DNA from: Candidatus Altimarinota bacterium
GTDB lineage: Bacteria; Patescibacteriota; Gracilibacteria; CAIRYL01
Length of the DNA stretch: 64,000 nucleotides
Assembly: GCA_965250085.1 (NCBI GenBank)
Contig: OZ252287.1
Span: 704,001 to 768,000 of the forward strand
Direction of reading: 5' to 3'
This document shows, piece by piece, positions 58,277 through 64,000 of the stretch; position 1 is the first letter of the stretch; every line of letters begins with the position of its first letter. The notes under the pieces were generated by a model, which saw only the letters and a list, made by a program, of their open reading frames with translations, was not told the DNA's origin and ran no database searches. A program made the position numbers and the translations under genes.

Positions 58277-60022
58277 TTATTGCAAGGCTTTCAAAAAATT
58301 TTCAAGCTTCATTTTCTCTTCTTTCTCTAAACCATATTTCCGGACAGTTACCGACCCTTCACTTTCTTCTTTTTCTCCTACCACAAGAGTAAAGGGAATT
58401 TTTTGCATTTGAGAATTTCGAATTCTTTTGCCAAGGGTCTCATCTGCATCAAACATCTCTGCTCTGCCTCCCGACTCTCGAATCTTCTCAAAAACTTCCT
58501 GAGCATATTGTCCATATTTTTCAGAAACCGGAAGCACCGCACATTGCACAGGTGCGAGCCATGCGGGAAATGCTCCAGCATAATGCTCGATAAGAAATCC
58601 GATAAATCGTTCGTGAGTACTCAGTGGAGCGCGGTGGATACAAATAGGTGTCTGTTCACTTCCGTCGGCGGCAACATAGGTCAGATCAAATCGCTTTGGT
58701 ACTGCAAAATCTAGTTGATTGGTGGCCAGGGTAAATTCACGACCAATAGCCGACCAAATTTGCACATCAATTTTTGGTCCATAAAACGCCGCTTCATCTT
58801 CTGCCTCTACAAATGGTACTCCTGATTTTTCCAGAGCACTTCTTACAAGATTTTCGGTTTTGATCCAAAGATCTGGTTCATCCACATATTTTTTTCCCAA
58901 GCCTTTTTTGGAATGTTTGGAAAGACGCATTTCATATTTTTCAATGCCAAAGAGTTTGAAGTAATAGAGATACATATCAATAACACTTCGAAACTCTTCT
59001 TCAAATTGCTCTTCAGTGCAGTAGATATGTGCATCATTCATACACAGTGATCTCACTCTCATAAGGCCAAACAGTGCCCCAGAATCTTCATATCGATAGC
59101 AGTGTCCATATTCCGCAAGCCTGAGGGGAAGGTCACGATAGCTCTTTGGAGTAGCAGCATAAATCTTATGATGATGAGGACAGTTCATTGCCTTCAGATA
59201 ATACTTTTCATTGTCCATCTCCATCGGAGGAAACATGGACTCTGCATAATAGGGCAGATGTCCGGATCGTATGTACAGTGCCTCCTTTGCAATATGAGGG
59301 GAACGCACTCTTTGGTATCCATATTTTCCCTCAGTTTTCTTGGCGAGTTTTTCTAAAAGCTCTACAACCGCTGCACCTTTAGGAAGCCAAAGGGGAAGCC
59401 CTGGTCCCACTTCTTCATCAAAGGTAAAAAGTTCAAGTTCTTTTCCCAACTTTCGATGGTCACGTTTCTTTGCTTCTTCAATCATCTCTTCATACTCTTG
59501 AAGATTTTTTTTATCTTGAAAAGCAACTCCATAGATACGCGTCAGCATATTGTTTTTTTCACTTCCTCTCCAATATGCCCCGGCCAAAGTTGTAAGCTTG
59601 AATACCCCTATCTCACCAGTTGATTGTACATGTGGCCCCGCGCAGAGATCACGATAAAACGGCTTTTCTGAGGTTCCAAAGTCATATAGAGAAAATGTGG
59701 TTTCTCCTTCTTTTTTGAGATCTTCAATAAGCTCAATCTTGTATGGATCATCTCTAAATTCTTTTTTTGCAGTTTTATAATCAATTTCATGGCGTACAAC
59801 AGGGAAGTCCTTATTGATAATCCATCTCATTTTTTTCTCAATGCGCTTAAAATCCTCTTCTGAGATTTTTTGCTCACCAAAATCAAAATCCTGATAATAT
59901 CCCTCGTCTGTCCATGGTCCCACTCCACGTTTGGCATCAGGCCAGAGCATTTTGACTGCAGCAGACATAACGTGAGATGTCGTATGGCGCCGTCGCAATT
60001 CATCTTCTGTTAGATGGGGCAT
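58277..60022 (-). CDS. thrS: Threonine--tRNA ligase
   Basis: DLCAGPH, AGAYWRG, RDHRKLG, MNCP.H, AFYGPKID, IHRA. Confidence 0.98.
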   Translation of the reverse strand: MPHLTEDELRRRHTTSHVMSAAVKMLWPDAKRGVGPWTDEGYYQDFDFGEQKISEEDFKRIEKKMRWIINKDFPVVRHEIDYKTAKKEFRDDPYKIELIEDLKKEGETTFSLYDFGTSEKPFYRDLCAGPHVQSTGEIGVFKLTTLAGAYWRGSEKNNMLTRIYGVAFQDKKNLQEYEEMIEEAKKRDHRKLGKELELFTFDEEVGPGLPLWLPKGAAVVELLEKLAKKTEGKYGYQRVRSPHIAKEALYIRSGHLPYYAESMFPPMEMDNEKYYLKAMNCPHHHKIYAATPKSYRDLPLRLAEYGHCYRYEDSGALFGLMRVRSLCMNDAHIYCTEEQFEEEFRSVIDMYLYYFKLFGIEKYEMRLSKHSKKGLGKKYVDEPDLWIKTENLVRSALEKSGVPFVEAEDEAAFYGPKIDVQIWSAIGREFTLATNQLDFAVPKRFDLTYVAADGSEQTPICIHRAPLSTHERFIGFLIEHYAGAFPAWLAPVQCAVLPVSEKYGQYAQEVFEKIRESGGRAEMFDADETLGKRIRNSQMQKIPFTLVVGEKEESEGSVTVRKYGLEKEEKMKLENFLKALQ

Positions 60023-60468
60023 AATGAAACAAAAGGAAATATAAAATATGTGAGTTTCCGCCTCAATTATACGTGCGGAGTGAAAAAGAAAAACCCAAAA
60101 GATGTTGCCTGCTTCTTTCTACACAAAATACGTGGTACAGGGACGGTTTCCAAAGAAAGGAAAGAGTAGTACGTTCAAAAATATACAAAAAATCAGAAGA
60201 ATTGTGAAGAAACCTGCTCTGTTTATACAGACATTTTAACTCGTGAATACAAAATTGGAGCAAAAAATAAAAAGATACTTGACATGATTTAGTTTTTTTA
60301 TTAAAGTTCAATCCTTTGAGGGATTTTACGAAATGGACAAAAACATTTAAAGATGTATTAAAAAGAAAAAAGAAAGCCTTGACAAAACTTCAAATCACAT
60401 CGTACATTGACTGTTGTTCCTCCTCATATACTTTTTCCCCGACTTCCTTTTCATCTATTTAGAGCATT

Positions 60469-61581
60469 ATGACTTCTGCTACCAAAAGCGGTTCCTTGAA
60501 CCTCCAAAACATACTTGAAGATTTCTTCCTCATTCTGACAGAAAAAGAGCAGACGGTTATTACCAAACGCTTCGCTTTGGATGGAAAGCCAAAGAGGACT
60601 CTCGAAAGAATAGGGAAGCATTTTTCAGTGACCCGTGAAAGGATTCGCCAGATTGAAAGTATTGCACTGCAAAAACTTCGAAGAAACATTGGGAACACAG
60701 AACTTCAACAAATTAATGCACTTGCGAGAGAGATTTTGGAGTCAAATGGGGGTGTTCTGTTTGAAGGGTCATTGCTGGCAGAGATCCTCAATGTCTCACA
60801 TGTTTCTGACACTCCTGTTACAGGAAGTATTATTAAGCTAAGTCTTACTATTGATTCTCAACTTGAGAAGCTTGATACCTCAAAAGTGTTTCGTCCATTT
60901 TGGAGAATTAAAGAAGTATCGTTTGCGGAAATAGAAAAAACAGCTGGAGTAAGTTATAAAATTCTCAAAAAAGTAGGTTCTTTAACTCCAGAAAAAACAC
61001 TTTTAGAAAAAGCTCATAAGACGTTAAAGGGTGATATTCCTACTCCTCGCGTTGTTTCCATCTTATCACTCGATCGCCGCTTTAGAAAAATGGATGATGG
61101 TACTTGGGGGCTTATGGAATGGAGGCATGTAAATCCGAAAAGTATTCGGGACAAAGCCAATATCATCCTTAAAAAAACTGGAAACCCTTTGCATTTTATT
61201 GATATTGCGAATCAAATTTCACAAACCGGGTTTGATAAAAAGGTTGTTACAGTGCAAGCGGTGCACAATGATTTGATTCGTTATCCAGAGTTTGTACTCG
61301 TTGGAAGAGGGATGTATGCGCTTTCTGAATGGGGATATGAGCCTGGGACAGTAGCGGATGTGATTGCAAAAATATTGAAGAAAGATGGACCTATGAAAAA
61401 ACGTGATATTGTCACAAATGTTTTGAAACAGCGAGATGTAAAGCTGGGCACTATTTCTCTGAACTTACAAAAAAATCCTGCGTTTATACGAGTTGGGCGT
61501 GCCGTGTATGACTTTGAGCAAAGCAAGTGGAAAGTCCCGAAGCGTGGGCGAGGACGTGCAAAGATGAAAAACTTTGTCTAG
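60469..61581 (+). CDS. CPR-conserved protein: sigma70 region-4 HTH plus C-terminal winged-helix (HARE-HTH/RNAP delta-like) domains
   Basis: [24 protein letters not shown]; PLHF..IA, VHN.LI...FVLVGRG.YAL.EWGY.PGTV. Confidence 0.8.
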   Translation: MTSATKSGSLNLQNILEDFFLILTEKEQTVITKRFALDGKPKRTLERIGKHFSVTRERIRQIESIALQKLRRNIGNTELQQINALAREILESNGGVLFEGSLLAEILNVSHVSDTPVTGSIIKLSLTIDSQLEKLDTSKVFRPFWRIKEVSFAEIEKTAGVSYKILKKVGSLTPEKTLLEKAHKTLKGDIPTPRVVSILSLDRRFRKMDDGTWGLMEWRHVNPKSIRDKANIILKKTGNPLHFIDIANQISQTGFDKKVVTVQAVHNDLIRYPEFVLVGRGMYALSEWGYEPGTVADVIAKILKKDGPMKKRDIVTNVLKQRDVKLGTISLNLQKNPAFIRVGRAVYDFEQSKWKVPKRGRGRAKMKNFV

Positions 61582-61604
61582 GTCCTAAAAACTAATTGAT
61601 TTCT

Positions 61605-61636
61605 AAAAAGCCCTGATTTTTACGTCAGGGTTTTTT
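61605..61636. terminator. Rho-independent terminator, probably bidirectional
   Basis: aaaaag-ccctga-tttttacg-tcaggg-tttttt between convergent genes. Confidence 0.8.
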
Positions 61637-61662
61637 GTTTCTAAATACTACTGACAACTTTA

Positions 61663-62067
61663 CTACTTATTACTATCGCCCTGTACCTGAAAAATACGAG
61701 CTACTGCAAGTGCCGCGTTCCCCGGATCAAGCACGGTCATTACGGGAACATTGGAGGGCATCTGGAGTGATGAGTGTACATTGACCAGCATATCAGTCTC
61801 ATCCTTAAAAGGGGGACAAGCAATGACCGGATGCCCAGTGCTTCCGGCACAAAACCCTGAAAGTGCATTCGATTTGCCAGCAATTGTTATATACACCACA
61901 TTATTTTTTTCATTTTTTTTGAGAATCTCCATTACTTTTTCTGGAGTTTTGTGTGCTGATGCTACATGGGTTTCAAAATCCAGAAAAAGTTCTGCCAGCT
62001 TTCCTTCTATTTTCGCAGCAAAGTCTTTATCAGTTTCCGAGCCAAGAATCAAAATAGCTTTTTTCAT
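61663..62067 (-). CDS. purE: AIR carboxylase / N5-CAIR mutase family protein
   Basis: ILGS..D, VASAHKTP, IAGKSNAL.G, PVIACP, SSLQMP..VPV.TV, NAALA. Confidence 0.9.
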   Translation of the reverse strand: MKKAILILGSETDKDFAAKIEGKLAELFLDFETHVASAHKTPEKVMEILKKNEKNNVVYITIAGKSNALSGFCAGSTGHPVIACPPFKDETDMLVNVHSSLQMPSNVPVMTVLDPGNAALAVARIFQVQGDSNK

Positions 62068-62266
62068 ATGAAAGAGAGTCTAAAAAAATTAAGAATTCTT
62101 TGTGTGTATTGTGCCGAAAAAACAGAAAAAGAGAAAGGGGTGAGAAAGTGGCTTTACAAGGTTTTTTTTTCATTTACAGTACAATTTTTTTGTAAGAAAG
62201 ATCTTCATTTTCGGCTTTTTTCCTACTCTTTCTCCATTCTAGAATACATTTATTGTACAACAATGC

Positions 62267-62295
62267 TTGACAAAAGTCTATTTTTTTATTATGTT
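62267..62295 (+). promoter_or_regulatory. Putative sigma70 promoter for the surface-protein gene
   Basis: TTGACA-17 nt-TATGTT. Confidence 0.5.
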
Positions 62296-62448
62296 TCGAC
62301 ACTCTAAATTTAATTTTTTTTCTTTCTGGTAAGAAAGATCACCAAAGTTGTTCTGAGATAAAAAATTAAGCAAAAATTAAGCTTAAGCCCTCAGAGACAC
62401 TCTTATTTTCCTCTTCGAAAATATTTTTAATTTTTATCCCTCACTATC

Positions 62449-64000
62449 ATGAAGTCTTTATTTCAGAAAATTCTCAGCACTTTTGCCTCGTGCGCCGTGC
62501 TCGCCAATACATTTTTGTTTGCACTTTTACTTCCTGCGGCTCCGGTTGCATATGCGGCGGCTCCTCCGAGTGTACCAGAATGTAATGGTCTCACTGCTAC
62601 AATTTATGTGGACAGTGGAACAATAATTGGTGGACCCGATAATGGAGATTCATATGCTGGTACTTTGAACGGTACCGCTGATGATGATGTCATGGTGGGA
62701 TCAAACGGTGAGGACGCCATTAATGGTCTTGGCGGAAATGACACCATCTGTGGAGGAATTCAGGATGATATTATTCATGGTGGAGAAGGAGATGACTGGA
62801 TTGAAGGTGGTAATGGGAAAGACGATCTTTTTGGAGACGAGGGAAATGACACCATGTTTGGAGCAAATGGTGGTGACGATATGACCGGTGGACCGGGTAT
62901 TGACTTTTGTGATCAGGGAAATGGTCCGGGAGTTGATTGTGAAGCGGATATCACAGAAGGCGTAATCGTAATCGTAAAAGACGCTTCGCCAGACGATGCA
63001 CAGGATTTTGGCTTTACCGGTACCAATGGTATTGGCGGCTTTTCTCTGGATGATGATGCCGATGGAACACTTTCCAATACAGAGACCCTCAATTTGGCTC
63101 CCGGGGTGTATGCTGTCTCAGAAGATTCTCCTCTGCCTGCCGGATGGGTGGTTACGAGTTTGAACTGTACAGCAAGTCCTGACACCGGTCAGGTCAGCAC
63201 GACTTCAGATACCGTTACGGTGAATTCTCTCTCTGCAGGAGATGCTATTACCTGTACCTTTACCAATACGTTGAGCCTGAATGAATGTGAAGACGGAGTG
63301 GATAATGATAATGATAACCTTATTGACTTCCCGGCTGATCCGGGATGTAGCTCTCCAACTGATGATGATGAATCCGACGGAACATCCGAATGTCAGGATG
63401 GAATAGATAATGCCGATCAGGATGGTCTAGCGGATGCTGCTGATCCGGGATGCTGGACTGATCCGAATGATTCTCAAACATACGATCCAACTGATAATGA
63501 TGAGTCCGATGGCACTACTCAGTGTCAGGATACATTTGATAATGACCAGGATAGCGTTTCTGATGCTGCCGATCCGGGATGCTGGACTGATCCGAATGAT
63601 TCTCAAACATATGATCCAACTGATAATGATGAGTCTGACGGGACGACTGAATGTCAGGACACCATTGATAACTCAGACCAAGATGGCGTAGCTGATGCGA
63701 ATGACCCTGGATGTTATGATAATCAAAATGTCTATCAGCCTACTGATAATGATGAATCTGATGCTACTACTGAGTGTCAGGATGGAATAGATAATGCAGA
63801 TCAAGATGGCGTAGCAGATGCTGCTGATCCGGGATGTTGGACAGATCCAGACGATTCACAAACATATGATCCTACCGATGATGACGAATCCGATGGCACT
63901 ACTCAGTGTCAGGATACGAATGATAATGACCAGGATGGTGTCAGTGACTACCCAGCTGATCCAGGGTGTTCTTCTGCTCAAGATAATGATGAGTCCGATG
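62449..64000 (+). CDS. Large secreted/surface Ca-binding repeat protein, 3'-truncated and absent from the ORF track
   Basis: Manual translation from ATG 62449: signal peptide MKSLFQKIL...PVAYA, RTX-like GGxGxD nonapeptides, a prealbumin/Ig-like domain (IVIVKD...ITCTFTN), then six C.D..DND.D...D..DPGC repeats; no stop before the window end. Confidence 0.88.
   Translation, partial: MKSLFQKILSTFASCAVLANTFLFALLLPAAPVAYAAAPPSVPECNGLTATIYVDSGTIIGGPDNGDSYAGTLNGTADDDVMVGSNGEDAINGLGGNDTICGGIQDDIIHGGEGDDWIEGGNGKDDLFGDEGNDTMFGANGGDDMTGGPGIDFCDQGNGPGVDCEADITEGVIVIVKDASPDDAQDFGFTGTNGIGGFSLDDDADGTLSNTETLNLAPGVYAVSEDSPLPAGWVVTSLNCTASPDTGQVSTTSDTVTVNSLSAGDAITCTFTNTLSLNECEDGVDNDNDNLIDFPADPGCSSPTDDDESDGTSECQDGIDNADQDGLADAADPGCWTDPNDSQTYDPTDNDESDGTTQCQDTFDNDQDSVSDAADPGCWTDPNDSQTYDPTDNDESDGTTECQDTIDNSDQDGVADANDPGCYDNQNVYQPTDNDESDATTECQDGIDNADQDGVADAADPGCWTDPDDSQTYDPTDDDESDGTTQCQDTNDNDQDGVSDYPADPGCSSAQDNDESD
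63280..64000 (+). repeat. Coding tandem repeats of about 100-130 bp
   Basis: Near-identical copies of gatccgggatgctggactgatccgaatgattctcaaacata.gatccaactgataatgatgagtc near 63443, 63571 and 63826. Confidence 0.85.

Noticed and set aside
60023-60300. T-box riboswitch upstream of thrS
   Set aside because: No GGTGG-ACC T-box consensus or terminator/antiterminator pair on the minus strand; only a short hairpin.
1-64000. Alternative genetic code (UGA=Gly, as in Gracilibacteria and Absconditabacteria)
   Set aside because: Long Gly-rich genes (rpoB, rpoC, eno) are uninterrupted in the standard code, and TGA falls at the expected ends of relA and eno.
63280-64000. CRISPR-like repeat array
   Set aside because: The repeats are in-frame coding units of about 100-130 bp with synonymous variation, no unique spacers and no cas genes.

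Overview
A gene-dense, AT-rich bacterial chromosome segment read in the standard genetic code (rpoB and rpoC are uninterrupted; TGA ends relA and eno). The organism is probably a Patescibacteria/CPR bacterium, most like Peregrinibacteria. This is an inference from gene style, scattered operons, few obvious Shine-Dalgarno sites, CPR-type conserved hypotheticals and repeat families. Core genes: adk (partial), relA/spoT, rpoB-ssb-rpoC-rpsL-rpsG, infC-rpmI-rplT, comEC, iscS, ruvB, miaB, aspS, uvrC, eno, nadC, secF, tsaD, rpsA, recO, ftsX, thrS, purE and tRNA-Arg(CCT). Also present are one complete 710-bp IS1595-family element, a corA gene broken by a 1-bp insertion, and a large Ca-binding repeat surface protein that runs off the right end and is missing from the ORF track. 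Best novelty candidates: (1) a paralogous gene pair at 41367-44367 built from five copies of a sigma-region-4/LuxR-like HTH unit, one member fused to an intact sigma54-activator AAA+ domain with no C-terminal HTH; (2) an orphan fusion of an enoyl-reductase-like Rossmann domain with two FabZ/FabA-like hot-dog domains, in a lineage thought to lack fatty-acid synthesis; (3) a divergent CCA/poly(A)-polymerase-like nucleotidyltransferase; (4) ssb sitting between rpoB and rpoC; (5) short repeat elements inserted in frame into tsaD and rpsA. All calls come from motif recognition by eye; no searches were run.
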